DNA of 64,000 bases from Burkholderiales bacterium RIFCSPLOWO2_12_FULL_61_40. Its GTDB lineage: Bacteria > Pseudomonadota > Gammaproteobacteria > Burkholderiales > Burkholderiaceae_C. Where the stretch lies: the NCBI GenBank assembly GCA_001770935.1, contig MESI01000022.1, forward strand, positions 106 to 64,105, read 5' to 3'. The position numbers and the translations under genes were made by a program. Below the pieces are notes generated by a model. The model was not told where the DNA came from and did no database searches. It was given only the letters and a program-made list of their open reading frames with translations. Shown in pieces: positions 26,711 to 36,644 of the stretch; the stretch's first letter is position 1; each line of letters starts with the position of its first letter.

Positions 26711-27017
26711 GAAGGATCCTTCCTTCCTTGGCCGCCCAGTAAGGCACCGTTCCGGGCACCTGACTGCGACGTGCGAACTCCTCGCTGGACATCACCAAAA
26801 CATCCACGCCCACGCCCATGGCGCCAATCGCCCTGTGCAGCTTCAGGTACTCAGCCGCTTTGTCGGTCACGCTGTGTTCGATAACGAGCAAGTCCAGGTC
26901 GGACCCCTCGTCCGCATCGCCCCGGGCATACGAGCCAAACAGCACCACGCTGGCGGGACTGCTTGCAGCCTCTGCAGCGCGGTGTGCGGCCTCAAGAATG
27001 GCATGCTGTTCAAGCAT
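26694..27017 (-). CDS. Minimal nucleotidyltransferase (MNT antitoxin of a HEPN-MNT module)
   Basis: 107 aa. VVLFGSYARGDADEGSDLDLLVI NTase signature. 17-nt overlap with the HEPN gene. Confidence 0.8.
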   Translation of the reverse strand: MLEQHAILEAAHRAAEAASSPASVVLFGSYARGDADEGSDLDLLVIEHSVTDKAAEYLKLHRAIGAMGVGVDVLVMSSEEFARRSQVPGTVPYWAAKEGRILHDTRA

Positions 27018-27044
27018 AAAACCCCCTTGTTGGAAATGCTGGAT

Positions 27045-27075
27045 GAATCGCCACCGATTCTATCGGTGGCGATTC
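27045..27075. promoter_or_regulatory. 14-bp perfect inverted repeat with 3-nt loop between gcvP and the MNT gene
   Basis: GAATCGCCACCGAT-tct-ATCGGTGGCGATTC. No U-tract follows on the minus strand, so an operator or RNA-processing hairpin is more likely than an intrinsic terminator. Confidence 0.5.
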
Positions 27076-27111
27076 ACGCGGTGTGGGTAGGCCGGGCGTA
27101 TGGCAAACCTA

Positions 27112-29991
27112 CTAGCCGTTGACGTAGTCCGCCACCGGTATGCAGCTGCAATTCAGGTTGCGGTCGCCATACACGTTGTCCACCCGGCCAATGGTGGGCC
27201 AGTACTTCACCGCCTTGAGCGAGGCCACCGGGAAGGCCGCCGTTTCGCGCGAGTACGGGCGGTCCCACTCGGCGCCCAGCAGGCTGGCGGAGGTGTGGGG
27301 GGCGTGTTTGAGCGGGTTGTTGTCCTGTGGCCAAACACCGCTTTCCACCTTGGCAATTTCGCCCCGGATGGCGATCATGGCGTTGATGAAACGGTCCAGC
27401 TCGGCCAGGGTTTCGCTCTCGGTGGGCTCCACCATCAGCGTGTTGGGCACCGGGAAGCTCAGCGTGGGCGCGTGAAAGCCGTAGTCCATCAGGCGCTTGG
27501 CCACGTCTTCGGCCATCACGCCGCAGCTCTCCTTCAGGGGGCGCAGGTCCAGGATGCACTCGTGGGCCACATGGCCGTTGGCGCTGGCGTACAGCGTGGG
27601 GTAGTGGTCTTTGAGCCGCGAGCTGATGTAGTTGGCCGCCAGAATGGCCGCTTCGGTGGCGTGCTGCAGGCCGTCCGCGCCCATCATGCGGCAGTACATC
27701 CAGCTGATCGGCAAAACGGCTGCATTGCCCAAAGGCGCCGCGCTGACCGCCCCCGTGCCGGGCACGCCGCCGGTGGCGTGGCCTGGCAGGAAGGGCACCA
27801 GGTCTTGCACCACGCAGACCGGGCCGACGCCGGGGCCGCCACCGCCGTGGGGGATGCAGAAGGTCTTGTGCAGGTTCAGGTGGCTGACATCGCCGCCAAA
27901 CTCACCAGGGGCGGCGGTGCCGACCAGCGCGTTCATGTTGGCGCCGTCCACGTAGACCCGGCCACCGTGGCTGTGCACCAGGGCGCACAGGTCTTTGACC
28001 TGCACTTCAAACACCCCGTGGGTGCTGGGGTAGGTCATCATCACGCAGGCCAGGTTGGCGCTGTGCTGCTCGCACTTGGCCTTCATGTCGGCCATGTCCA
28101 CATTGCCGCTGGCGTCGCAGGCGGTTACCACCACTGTGAGGCCCACCATATTGGCGCTGGCGGGGTTGGTTCCGTGTGCGCTGGAGGGGATCAGGCAGAT
28201 GTTGCGGTGGCCCTGGCCCTTGGACTCGTGAAAGGCCTTGATGGCCAGCAGACCCGCGTATTCACCCTGGCTACCCGCGTTGGGCTGCAGGCTGATGCCG
28301 GCGTAGCCGGTGGCTGCACACAACCAGGCGCGCAACTGGGCATCCAGCTCGGCGTAGCCGGTGCGCTGGTCAGCGGGGCAGAAGGGGTGGATGTTGGCGA
28401 ACTCGGGCCAGGTGATGGGAATCATCTCGCTGGTGGCGTTGAGTTTCATGGTGCAAGAGCCCAGGGGGATCATGCTGCGGTCCAGCGCCAGGTCCTTGTC
28501 GGACAACATGCGGATGTAGCGCAGCATGCCGGTCTCGGAGTGGTGGGTGTTGAACACCGGGTGGGTCAGGAATGCGCTGCTGCGGCGCAGTGCGGCGGGG
28601 ATCAGCAGCTCGGTGCTGGCTTCCAGCGCTTCCACGGTGGGTAGTGCCTGGCCATCCTTGGCGAAGAAGGACCAGACCAAGGCGAGGTCTTCGCGCGTGG
28701 TGGTTTCATCCAGGGCCACGCTGGTCAGTTCTTGGGAGACTATTCGCAGGTTAGCCCCCGCAGACACTGCGCGGGCAGCTATCGAATTGGTAGCATCTCC
28801 GGTGTGGACGGTGAGGGTGTCAAACGCCGTGCTGTTGCCCAGGGTGTAGCCCAATTGCTGCAAGCCTTTGGCCAGGAGGGCGGTGAAGGTGGCTACCCGT
28901 TGTGCTATGCGGGTCAGGCCTTGCGGGCCGTGGTACACGGCAAACATGCTGGCCACCACGGCGGGCAAAACCTGTGCGGTGCAGATGTTGGATGTGGCTT
29001 TTTCGCGGCGGATGTGCTGCTCGCGCGTTTGCAGCGCCAGGCGGTAGGCCGGGTTGCCATGGGTGTCGATGCTGACGCCCACCAGGCGGCCGGGCATGGA
29101 GCGTTTGAACTCGTCGCGGCAGGCCATGTAGGCGGCGTGCGGGCCGCCGTTGCACAGGGGCATGCCCAAGCGCTGGGTGGTGCCGATGGCAATGTCCGCA
29201 CCCATCTCGCCCGGGGGCACCAAAAGGGTGAGCGCCAGCAGGTCGGCCGCCATGATGACGGCGCCGCCTTTGGCTTTGTACGACGCAATCCACTGCCGGT
29301 CGTCGCGGACCACGCCACTGGCGCCGGGGTATTGCAGCAAAACGGCAAAGCTGTCGTTTTCCAGCGCTTCGGGGCCGGAGCAGGTGCGCACTTCAATGCC
29401 CAGCGGACGGGCGCGGGTCTGGAGCACTTCCAGCGTTTGCGGCAGTACCTGGTCGTCCACAAAGAACACATTGCTTCTGTTTTTGACCGAGCGCTTGGCC
29501 AGTGTCATGGCTTCGGCGGCGGCGGTGGCTTCGTCCAGCATGGAGGCATTGGCCATGGGCATGCCGGTCAGGTCGCACACCATGGTCTGGAAGTTCACCA
29601 GCGCTTCCATGCGGCCCTGGGAGATTTCGGCCTGGTAGGGCGTGTAAGCGGTGTACCAGGCGGGGTTTTCCAGAATGTTGCGCAATATCACGCCGGGCGT
29701 GTGGGTGCCGTAGTAGCCTTGGCCGATAAAGCTCTTGAGTACTTTGTTTTTGGACGCCATGACCTTGATTTCAGCCAGCGCAGCGGCTTCGGTGATGGCC
29801 GCAGGAATGGCCATCTTGCTCTTGCGGGCGATGCTGCTCGGGACGATGCCGGCAATCAGTTCGGCGCGGGAGGTGGAGCCCACGGCTTTGAGCATGCGCT
29901 GCTCGTCGGCGGCATCAATGCCGATGTGGCGGGCGATGAACTCGGAGGCGTTTTCGAGGTCTTGGAGGGTGGGGGCGTGGGGTGTTGGCAT
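27112..29991 (-). CDS. gcvP: Glycine dehydrogenase (decarboxylating), P protein
   Basis: 959 aa single-chain GcvP (...[15 protein letters not shown]..., ...[18 protein letters not shown]...). Confidence 0.95.
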   Translation of the reverse strand: MPTPHAPTLQDLENASEFIARHIGIDAADEQRMLKAVGSTSRAELIAGIVPSSIARKSKMAIPAAITEAAALAEIKVMASKNKVLKSFIGQGYYGTHTPGVILRNILENPAWYTAYTPYQAEISQGRMEALVNFQTMVCDLTGMPMANASMLDEATAAAEAMTLAKRSVKNRSNVFFVDDQVLPQTLEVLQTRARPLGIEVRTCSGPEALENDSFAVLLQYPGASGVVRDDRQWIASYKAKGGAVIMAADLLALTLLVPPGEMGADIAIGTTQRLGMPLCNGGPHAAYMACRDEFKRSMPGRLVGVSIDTHGNPAYRLALQTREQHIRREKATSNICTAQVLPAVVASMFAVYHGPQGLTRIAQRVATFTALLAKGLQQLGYTLGNSTAFDTLTVHTGDATNSIAARAVSAGANLRIVSQELTSVALDETTTREDLALVWSFFAKDGQALPTVEALEASTELLIPAALRRSSAFLTHPVFNTHHSETGMLRYIRMLSDKDLALDRSMIPLGSCTMKLNATSEMIPITWPEFANIHPFCPADQRTGYAELDAQLRAWLCAATGYAGISLQPNAGSQGEYAGLLAIKAFHESKGQGHRNICLIPSSAHGTNPASANMVGLTVVVTACDASGNVDMADMKAKCEQHSANLACVMMTYPSTHGVFEVQVKDLCALVHSHGGRVYVDGANMNALVGTAAPGEFGGDVSHLNLHKTFCIPHGGGGPGVGPVCVVQDLVPFLPGHATGGVPGTGAVSAAPLGNAAVLPISWMYCRMMGADGLQHATEAAILAANYISSRLKDHYPTLYASANGHVAHECILDLRPLKESCGVMAEDVAKRLMDYGFHAPTLSFPVPNTLMVEPTESETLAELDRFINAMIAIRGEIAKVESGVWPQDNNPLKHAPHTSASLLGAEWDRPYSRETAAFPVASLKAVKYWPTIGRVDNVYGDRNLNCSCIPVADYVNG

Positions 29992-30037
29992 ATGAACTTT
30001 TTAGGTTTTGGGCGCTTGCGCGCCGCGCCAGGGTCTC

Positions 30038-30122
30038 GAATGGGGGTCAGATCCCCATTCAGGACAATGAACTTTCCGTAGCGCAAGGGTGATGAACGAA
30101 ATGGGGCTCTGACCCCCCATTC
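30038..30122. repeat. Pair of inverted REP-like hairpins in the gcvH-gcvP spacer
   Basis: GAATGGGGgtcagatCCCCATTC (30038-30060) and, in opposite orientation, GAAATGGGGctctgaCCCCCCATTC (30098-30122). Confidence 0.5.
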
Positions 30123-30157
30123 AGCGCACACCCAACGGCAAGCGCCGTTTCGGGGGC

Positions 30158-30529
30158 TTACGCGTTGACGGAGAACGCGGTGTAGCTGGTCTCGTCCATC
30201 AGCGCGTCCAGCTCGGACGCGTTGGACAGCTTGACCTTGAAGAACCAGCCCGCGCCCAGCGGGTCGGTGTTGGCCAAAGCGGGGTCGGCACGCAGGGCTT
30301 CGTTCACTTCGGTGATTTCGCCGGTCACGGGCATGTACACATCGGCAGCGGCCTTGACCGACTCCACTACGCCAGCCACGTCTTTGGCGGCAAAGGTCTT
30401 GCCGACTTCGGGCAGGTCCACAAACACCACATCGCCCAGCGCGTCTTGCGCATGGTGGGTGATGCCCACGGTGGCGGTGTCGCCTTCAACGTTGAGCCAT
30501 TCGTGGTCAGGGGTGTACTTGATAGCCAT
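30158..30529 (-). CDS. gcvH: Glycine cleavage system H protein
   Basis: 123 aa. Lipoyl-lysine motif ESVKAAADVY. Confidence 0.95.
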   Translation of the reverse strand: MAIKYTPDHEWLNVEGDTATVGITHHAQDALGDVVFVDLPEVGKTFAAKDVAGVVESVKAAADVYMPVTGEITEVNEALRADPALANTDPLGAGWFFKVKLSNASELDALMDETSYTAFSVNA

Positions 30530-30585
30530 GGGGAACTCCTAAAAAAACGGGGAAAAGAATTGAAATAGAACCAAAAGACGAACCA

Positions 30586-30613
30586 ACCGCCCGCGACTGT
30601 AGCCGCGGGCGGT
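30586..30613 (-). terminator. GC-rich hairpin after gcvT (possible attenuator or partial terminator)
   Basis: ACCGCCCGCG-actgtagc-CGCGGGCGGT. On the minus strand it is followed by a moderately U-rich stretch (tggttcgtcttttgg). Confidence 0.4.
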
Positions 30614-30619
30614 GCAAAT

Positions 30620-31786
30620 TTAACCGCGGTAGTAACGGGTTGGCACAAAGGGCATGCCGCTCACCTCCATGGGCACCGGCTTGCCACGCACGATGGCGAC
30701 GACTTGGGTTCCTAAGGCGCTGAACGCTGCGTCCACATAGCCCATGGCCACGGGTTTGTCGATGGTGGGGCCGAGCAGGCCGCTGGTGACTTCGCCAATT
30801 TTGTTGCCCTGACCGTCTTGCAGTTCGGTGTGGTCGCGCACGGGGATGCGCTCCAGCGCAATCAAACCCACGCGTTTTTTAGTGCCTTTTGGTGCTGCAG
30901 CCCCCGTGGAATCTGCGAGAGCAGCTAGTATTTTTGTAGCGCCTGGGAAGCCGCCTGCGCGTGCGCCACCGGCGCGGCGCACCTTTTGCATGGCCCACAG
31001 CAGGTTGGCTTCGACCGGGTTGGTCGTGGTGTCGATGTCGTTGCCGTATAGGCACAGACCGGCTTCCAGGCGCAGCGAGTTGCGTGCGCCCAGGCCGATG
31101 GGCTTGACTTCGGCTTGTGCCAGCAGCGCGCGGGCGAGGGCTTCGGCGTGGTCCTTGTGCACGGAAATCTCAAACCCGTCTTCACCGGTGTAGCCGCTGC
31201 GGGTCAGGAACACCTCGATCTTTTGTGCGCCGGTGTCCACCGTGAAGTTGCCGCCGGTCATGAACACCAGCTTTTCCACGCCGGGCGCCAGCCGCGACAG
31301 GGCGGTGACGGCCTGCGGGCCTTGCAGCGCCAGCAGCGCCATCTCGGGCATGGGGATGACTTGGCAGCGGCTGCCGATTTGGGCTTGGATGTGGGCGATG
31401 TCACCCACTTTGCAGGCGCCATTCACAATCACAAAAATCTCGTTGTTACCCTTGTTGAAAAACATCAGGTCGTCAATGATGCCGCCTTCGTCGTTGAGCA
31501 GCAGGCCGTAGCGTTGTTTGCCCACGGGCAGGTCGATCACATCCACCGGAATCAGGCTCTCAAAGGCGGCTGCGGCATCGGGTCCGACCAGGCGCAACTG
31601 GCCCATGTGCGACACATCAAACAGGCCAGCGGCCTTGCGGGTGTGGTGGTGCTCTGCCATCAGGCCTGCAGGGTATTGCACCGGCATGGAGTAGCCGGCA
31701 AAAGGCACCATGCGGGCACCCAGCTCAAGGTGCAACGCGTTCAGAGGGGTCAGCAAAAGGGAAGAATCGGGAGCGGATGCGGACAT
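30620..31786 (-). CDS. gcvT: Glycine cleavage system aminomethyltransferase T protein
   Basis: 388 aa from internal Met 31786 (MSASAPDSSLLLTPLNALHLELGARMVPFAGYSMPVQY...). Confidence 0.9.
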   Translation of the reverse strand: MSASAPDSSLLLTPLNALHLELGARMVPFAGYSMPVQYPAGLMAEHHHTRKAAGLFDVSHMGQLRLVGPDAAAAFESLIPVDVIDLPVGKQRYGLLLNDEGGIIDDLMFFNKGNNEIFVIVNGACKVGDIAHIQAQIGSRCQVIPMPEMALLALQGPQAVTALSRLAPGVEKLVFMTGGNFTVDTGAQKIEVFLTRSGYTGEDGFEISVHKDHAEALARALLAQAEVKPIGLGARNSLRLEAGLCLYGNDIDTTTNPVEANLLWAMQKVRRAGGARAGGFPGATKILAALADSTGAAAPKGTKKRVGLIALERIPVRDHTELQDGQGNKIGEVTSGLLGPTIDKPVAMGYVDAAFSALGTQVVAIVRGKPVPMEVSGMPFVPTRYYRG

Positions 31787-31855
31787 GGCAATTTCCTGGA
31801 GGGGCAAGTCAAAATCCATGGCCTGAACACTGCTGCTCACGCCATGGGCTGCCCC

Positions 31856-32090
31856 CGCTGTCCGCTTTACCTGAGAGATTCACCGGGCCTGCTGGCACCC
31901 GGTAGGGCGGGCAGGCTGCGGTTTGCTCCTTCGGTGGGCTGCATCGTGTGCCGCCTCTCTCCAGTGGGGATCGCTGCAGGGCTTGGGCAAGCCGTACAAC
32001 GTTTGTCAGTCCTTTTGCCTGAGCGTTCAAACCGCTGCAATCAGCCGTTCTGCGCCTTCGGCGGTTTTCCTGAGGAAAACTCTCTCCTGA
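31856..32090 (-). promoter_or_regulatory. Tandem glycine riboswitch (two aptamers) in the gcvT leader
   Basis: The minus strand reads CAGGAGAGAG...CCGCCGAAGGCGCAG...CUCAGGCAAAAGGAC (aptamer 1). It then reads CUGGAGAGAGG...CCCACCGAAGGAGCAAACC...CUCUCAGGUAAAGCGGACAG (aptamer 2). It ends ~70 nt upstream of the gcvT ATG. Confidence 0.85.
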
Positions 32091-32176
32091 CGGGGTGGGA
32101 TTCTAAACCAGGCCGCAGGGCACAGGTTATTTGCACAAAGGGGGCCAGTGGGCCCCCTTTGTGCATGCTTGCGTGC

Positions 32177-33868
32177 TTACATGCCCGCGTAGTTCGGTCC
32201 GCCGCCGCCTTCCGGCGTCACCCATACGATGTTTTGCGTCGGGTCCTTGATGTCGCAGGTCTTGCAGTGCACGCAGTTTTGTGCATTGATCTGCAAGCGG
32301 TCGGTGTTGTCTTCGTTTTTCACGAATTCGTACACACCGGCCGGGCAGTAACGTGCCTCAGGCCCCGCGTATTTGGCCAAGTTGATCCGCACCGGCACCG
32401 ATGCGTCCTTGAGCGTCAGGTGGGCCGGTTGCTGCTCTTCGTGGTTAGTGTTGCTGATGAAGACGCTGCTCAAGCGGTCAAAGGTCAGCTTGCCATCGGG
32501 CTTGGGGTAGACGATGGGCTGGCACTCGGCCGCCGGCTTCAGGTACGCATGGTCAGGCTTCTCGCGGTGCAGCGTCCACGGAATATGCCCGCGCAGCACA
32601 AACTGCTCAAAGCCGTTCATCAAGGTGCCCACCGTCAGGCCGTGCTTGAACCAGTTCTTGAAGTTGCGGTCCTTGTTCAGTTCGGTGTGCAGCCAGCTTG
32701 CCTCAAAGGCTTCTGGGTACGCTGTCAGCTCGTCGTGCTGGCGTCCGGCGGTCACCGCTTCATACGCGGCTTCTCCTGCCAGCATGCCGGTCTTGATGGC
32801 CGCATGGCTGCCCTTGATGCGGCTCACATTCAGGTAGCCTGCATTGCAGCCCACCAGTGCGCCGCCGGGGAACACGGTCTTGGGCAGGGAGTTGATGCCG
32901 CTGGCGTTGATGGCGCGGGCCCCATAGGACAGGCGCTTGGCCGTGACTTCGCCCTTGGCGTTTTCGAAGTAGTAGCGCACGTTCGGATGGGTCTTCCAGC
33001 GCTGGAATTCCTCAAACGGACTCAGGTAGGGGTTCTCAAAGCCCAAACCGGTCACAAAGCCCACAGCCACCTTGTTGCCTTCCATGTGGTACAGGAAGGC
33101 GCCGCCATAGGTCTTGGCATCCATGGGCCAGCCGGCGCTGTGCATCACAAAACCGGGCTGATGGCGCGCGGGGTCGATCTCCCACAGTTCCTTGATACCG
33201 AGGCCCCAGCTTTGCGGGTCTTTGCCATCATCGAGCTTGAATTTGGCAATGAGCTGCTTGCCCAGGTGGCCGCGCGCGCCTTCGGCAAACACGGTGTATT
33301 TGCCCAGCAGCTCCATGCCGAGCTGGAAGTTCTCTGTGGGCTCACCGTCCTTGCCCACGCCCATGTTGCCAGTAGCGACACCCTTGACCGAACCGTCGTC
33401 GTTGTAGAGCACTTCGGCACCGGTGAAGCCGGGGAAAATTTCCACGCCCAGGCTTTCGGCCTGCTCGGCCATCCATTTGGTGACGGCCCCCAGGCTGATG
33501 ATGTAGTTGCCGTGGTTATGGGCAAACGGGGGCAGGAACATGTTGGGCACGCGAAAGCCCGATGTTTCGCTCAAGAAGGTGTAGGCGTCATCGGTGACGG
33601 GCTGGTTCAGCGGTGCGCCGCGTTCTTTCCAGTCGGGGATGAGTTCGGTCAGGGCCTTGGGGTCCATGATGGCGCCCGACAGGATGTGCGCGCCGGGCTC
33701 GGAGCCCTTTTCCAGCACCACCACGGACACGTCCTTGCCTTTTTCTGCGGCCAGTTGTTTGATGCGAATGGCAGTTGCCAAGCCGCCAGGGCCGCCTCCT
33801 ACGACCACTACGTCGTATTCCATTGCTTCACGGGGACCGAATTGGGCCAGTATTTCTTGGTTTGTCAT
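32177..33868 (-). CDS. Electron-transfer flavoprotein:ubiquinone oxidoreductase
   Basis: 563 aa. FAD fold (YDVVVVGGGPGGLA) and C-terminal 4Fe-4S ferredoxin-like CVHCKTCDIKDP. Confidence 0.9.
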   Translation of the reverse strand: MTNQEILAQFGPREAMEYDVVVVGGGPGGLATAIRIKQLAAEKGKDVSVVVLEKGSEPGAHILSGAIMDPKALTELIPDWKERGAPLNQPVTDDAYTFLSETSGFRVPNMFLPPFAHNHGNYIISLGAVTKWMAEQAESLGVEIFPGFTGAEVLYNDDGSVKGVATGNMGVGKDGEPTENFQLGMELLGKYTVFAEGARGHLGKQLIAKFKLDDGKDPQSWGLGIKELWEIDPARHQPGFVMHSAGWPMDAKTYGGAFLYHMEGNKVAVGFVTGLGFENPYLSPFEEFQRWKTHPNVRYYFENAKGEVTAKRLSYGARAINASGINSLPKTVFPGGALVGCNAGYLNVSRIKGSHAAIKTGMLAGEAAYEAVTAGRQHDELTAYPEAFEASWLHTELNKDRNFKNWFKHGLTVGTLMNGFEQFVLRGHIPWTLHREKPDHAYLKPAAECQPIVYPKPDGKLTFDRLSSVFISNTNHEEQQPAHLTLKDASVPVRINLAKYAGPEARYCPAGVYEFVKNEDNTDRLQINAQNCVHCKTCDIKDPTQNIVWVTPEGGGGPNYAGM

Positions 33869-34005
33869 GGAGTGTCTCGCTTAATAATGGGGGCTTGGCG
33901 GATGTGCGCAGCATTATCGAATGGTGGGCATATTCGGGACTGATTTTATTCGCGGAATTTGTGAAATAGCACGGTCGTTCTTTTTAATTCGTGGAGGCTC
34001 TCTAA

Positions 34006-34788
34006 ATGGCTTACAGCATGGATCTTTCGGGCCGAGTGGCTTTCATTACCGGCGCTTCCGGCGGTTTGGGTGCGCAATTTGCGCGCACCTTGGCGACGGC
34101 CGGGGCAGCGGTGGTCCTCACTGGGCGGCGCGTGGACAAGCTCAAAGAACTGCGCGCCATCATTGACGGTGAGGGCGGGGATGCCCATGTTTTTGAAATG
34201 GATGTGACGGACCACGATTCCATCAAATCCGCCGTCGCCCATGCCGAGACGGAAGTGGGTTCGATTGACATTCTGGTCAACAACTCGGGCGTCAGCGCCA
34301 CGCAGCGTATTCAGGATGTTTCACCTGAAGACTACGACTTCGTATTTGACACCAATGTCAAAGGGGCTTTTTTTGTCGCCCAGGAGGTTGGCAAACGCAT
34401 GCTGGCGCGCGCCAAAGGCGCGGCTCCCGGCAACTACACCGGTGGACGGATCATCAACGTGGCATCCATGGCGGGTTTGCGGGTGCTGCCCCAAATTGGC
34501 GTGTATTGCATGAGCAAGGCGGCCGTCATCCAGATGACCAAGGCCATGGCGATGGAATGGGGCAAATTCGATATCAATGTGAACGCCATCTGCCCCGGCT
34601 ACATTGATACCGAAATCAACCACCACCACTGGCAGACCGAGGCTGGCCAAAAACTGGTGCAGATGCTGCCCCGCAAGCGGGTAGGCCAGCCCAAGGACCT
34701 GGATGCCTTGCTGGTGATGCTCTGCTCCGACCAAAGCCACTTTATCAATGGGGCTGTCATCTCCGCGGACGATGGTTTTGGCGCTTAG
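34006..34788 (+). CDS. SDR-family oxidoreductase
   Basis: 260 aa. ITGASGGLG cofactor motif and YCMSKAA catalytic motif. Confidence 0.85.
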   Translation: MAYSMDLSGRVAFITGASGGLGAQFARTLATAGAAVVLTGRRVDKLKELRAIIDGEGGDAHVFEMDVTDHDSIKSAVAHAETEVGSIDILVNNSGVSATQRIQDVSPEDYDFVFDTNVKGAFFVAQEVGKRMLARAKGAAPGNYTGGRIINVASMAGLRVLPQIGVYCMSKAAVIQMTKAMAMEWGKFDINVNAICPGYIDTEINHHHWQTEAGQKLVQMLPRKRVGQPKDLDALLVMLCSDQSHFINGAVISADDGFGA

Positions 34789-34803
34789 AGCATTGGTGCG
34801 CCC

Positions 34804-35709
34804 TTGTTGACGGGTATTTTTGCGGGCCTCGCCGCGGGGGCTTTGTGGGGACTTGTGTTTGTCGCGCCCAGTCTGGCACCCGGCTTGTCGGCGGTGGATC
34901 TGATGGCGGGGCGCTTTGTAAGTTACGGGCTGGGGTCACTTCTGGTGATGGCTTTGTCACGGGGGCCTCGCTCTGTGCCCACCCTGAAGCAGGCAGGTAT
35001 GGCCCTGGGTATGAGCGTGCTGGGCTTTTCCGGCTACTACCTCTTGCTGGTGCTGGCCATTCGCGACGCAGGCGTGGAAGTTCCCACCCTGATCATTGGC
35101 ACCATTCCGATTTGGATCATGTTGCTGGGCAAACCCGAGGGCTTGCTGTGGCGGGCCTTATTGCCGGGTCTGTGCCTCACTACCTCCGGCGTGGTGTTGA
35201 TGATGGTGGCCGGTGTGTCTCAGCCAGGGGCCGACGGGCAGGGGGCGCAGGACTGGACCTATTGGCGTGGTGTCGGGTATGCCATATTGTCCATGGTGAG
35301 TTGGACGGCGTTTTCCCTGCTCAATTCCGTGTGGTTGAAAAAGCACCGTGAAGTCAAGGCCACCGATTGGGCCAACTGGCTGGGCGTGGCCTCCGGTCTG
35401 GCGGCACTGGTGTTGTGGAACGCGTTGGGGTCGGATTCCAAAGTGCTTCTGGCCCAGGCGGATATTGCGCAGGCAGCTATTGTTTGTGTAGCAACTGGTT
35501 TGGGGTCCGCATGGCTTGCCACGGTGTTGTGGAATATTGCAAGCCGACGCTTGAGTGCCAGCTTGTGCGGCCAACTCATCGTAAGCGAAACTCTGTTTTC
35601 CCTCCTGTATGCCTTTGTGTGGGCGGGGGAGTGGCCCGCGGGAATCCAATGGGCAGCCAGCGTGATGTTTGTGCTGGGTATTCTGGTATCCATCCGGGCC
35701 CACCGCTAG
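34804..35709 (+). CDS. EamA/DMT-family transporter
   Basis: 301 aa, ~10 TM segments, TTG start as given in the ORF track. Confidence 0.7.
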   Translation: MLTGIFAGLAAGALWGLVFVAPSLAPGLSAVDLMAGRFVSYGLGSLLVMALSRGPRSVPTLKQAGMALGMSVLGFSGYYLLLVLAIRDAGVEVPTLIIGTIPIWIMLLGKPEGLLWRALLPGLCLTTSGVVLMMVAGVSQPGADGQGAQDWTYWRGVGYAILSMVSWTAFSLLNSVWLKKHREVKATDWANWLGVASGLAALVLWNALGSDSKVLLAQADIAQAAIVCVATGLGSAWLATVLWNIASRRLSASLCGQLIVSETLFSLLYAFVWAGEWPAGIQWAASVMFVLGILVSIRAHR

Positions 35710-35726
35710 GGTGGGCCGCATCCGGG

Positions 35727-36485
35727 TCAGCGTGGCGCCAGGCGAATAGCGCCGTCCAGGCGAATCACTTCACCGTTGAGCATGTCGTTTTCAAAAATGT
35801 GCTGGGCCAGTTTGGCGTAGTCCTGGGGCGTGCCCAAGCGGGAAGGGAAGGGCACGCTGGCGGCCAGTGAGTCTTGCACCTCCTTGGGCATGCCAAACAT
35901 CATGGGCGTGCCAAAAATGCCGGGGGCAATTGTCATATTGCGGATGCCGTTGCGTGCCAGGTCGCGTGCAATGGGCAGTGTCATGCCCACGATGCCACCC
36001 TTGGAGGCGCTGTAGGCGGCTTGACCCATCTGCCCGTCGTAGGCCGCCACGGAAGCGGTGGAGATCATCACACCGCGTTCGCCCGTGGCCTCAGGCTCAT
36101 TTTTGCTCATGGCGTCTGCTGCCAATCGGATCATGTTGAAACTGCCCACCAGGTTGACGGTGATGCACTTGGTAAATGCGCCCAAGGTGTGCGCGCCATT
36201 TTTTCCGACGGTTTTTTCCGCTGGTGCAATACCGGCGCAGTTCACAAGCCCCATCAATTTGCCCATGGACACGGCCTTGGCGACAACGGCTTGGCCATCG
36301 GTTTCGTTGCTGACATCGCATTTGACAAAGGCGCCACCAATCTCCTTGGCAATCGCCTCGCCTTTTTCGGCCTGCATATCGGCGATGACGACGGTGCCGC
36401 CTTGGGCAGCCAGCATGCGGGCAGTGCCTTCGCCCAACCCCGATGCGCCACCGGTGACGATAAATACTTTGCCTGTGATTTTCAT
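35727..36485 (-). CDS. 3-hydroxyacyl-CoA dehydrogenase-type SDR (HSD17B10-like)
   Basis: 252 aa. [24 protein letters not shown]-terminal [13 protein letters not shown]. Confidence 0.85.
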   Translation of the reverse strand: MKITGKVFIVTGGASGLGEGTARMLAAQGGTVVIADMQAEKGEAIAKEIGGAFVKCDVSNETDGQAVVAKAVSMGKLMGLVNCAGIAPAEKTVGKNGAHTLGAFTKCITVNLVGSFNMIRLAADAMSKNEPEATGERGVMISTASVAAYDGQMGQAAYSASKGGIVGMTLPIARDLARNGIRNMTIAPGIFGTPMMFGMPKEVQDSLAASVPFPSRLGTPQDYAKLAQHIFENDMLNGEVIRLDGAIRLAPR

Positions 36486-36513
36486 GGTGCGTTCCTTTTG
36501 GTGGTGTTAAATC

Positions 36514-36539
36514 AATTGACGTTTACGTAAACGTCAATT
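36514..36539. promoter_or_regulatory. 26-bp perfect palindrome upstream of the hydroxyacyl-CoA dehydrogenase gene (candidate operator)
   Basis: AATTGACGTTTAC|GTAAACGTCAATT lies 28 nt upstream of the ATG at 36485, just 5' of the RBS. Confidence 0.5.
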
Positions 36540-36644
36540 ATGGCTTATGCCATTGCGGCTTTTGTAAGGCTGCTTCGCGAAAATTGAGCGATGTGCCAGG
36601 AAGTGGCAAGTTTGCTGCTATACTTTGCCCTCTCGGAGACTCTT

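Noticed and set aside
28765-28800. CAGCTAT...TAGC-like strings inside gcvP (28771-28794), gcvT (~30921-30940), the EamA gene (~35473-35492) and mutL (~53741-53760), considered as further copies of the intergenic motif.
   Set aside because: They lack the TRAAA core and conserved flanks and simply encode Ala-Ile/Ser-Ile-Ala runs. This is a likely coding coincidence, although the local use of rare ATA/CTA codons was noted.
31115-33943. Very long ORFs antisense to well-supported genes. Examples: 942 aa at 31115-33943, 693 aa at 14782-16863, 514 aa at 27100-28644, 432 aa at 5560-6858, 533 aa at 55571-57172, 501 aa at 48397-49902, 402 aa at 54822-56030, 382 aa at 21879-23027.
   Set aside because: These are typical high-GC shadow ORFs. 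They are Ala/Gly/Arg/His/Pro-rich and low-complexity with no recognisable motifs. Each lies opposite a gene with unmistakable family signatures (ETF-QO/gcvT, the TCS operon, gcvP, thyA/EamA, TIGR00266/M48, yegQ, aroC, DedA).
36604-36618. TGGCAAGTTTGCTGC upstream of tRNA-Val as a sigma-54 -24/-12 promoter (NtrC is encoded in the window).
   Set aside because: The GG to GC spacing is 3 nt shorter than the TGGCAC-N5-TTGC consensus geometry. tRNA genes are not expected sigma-54 targets.
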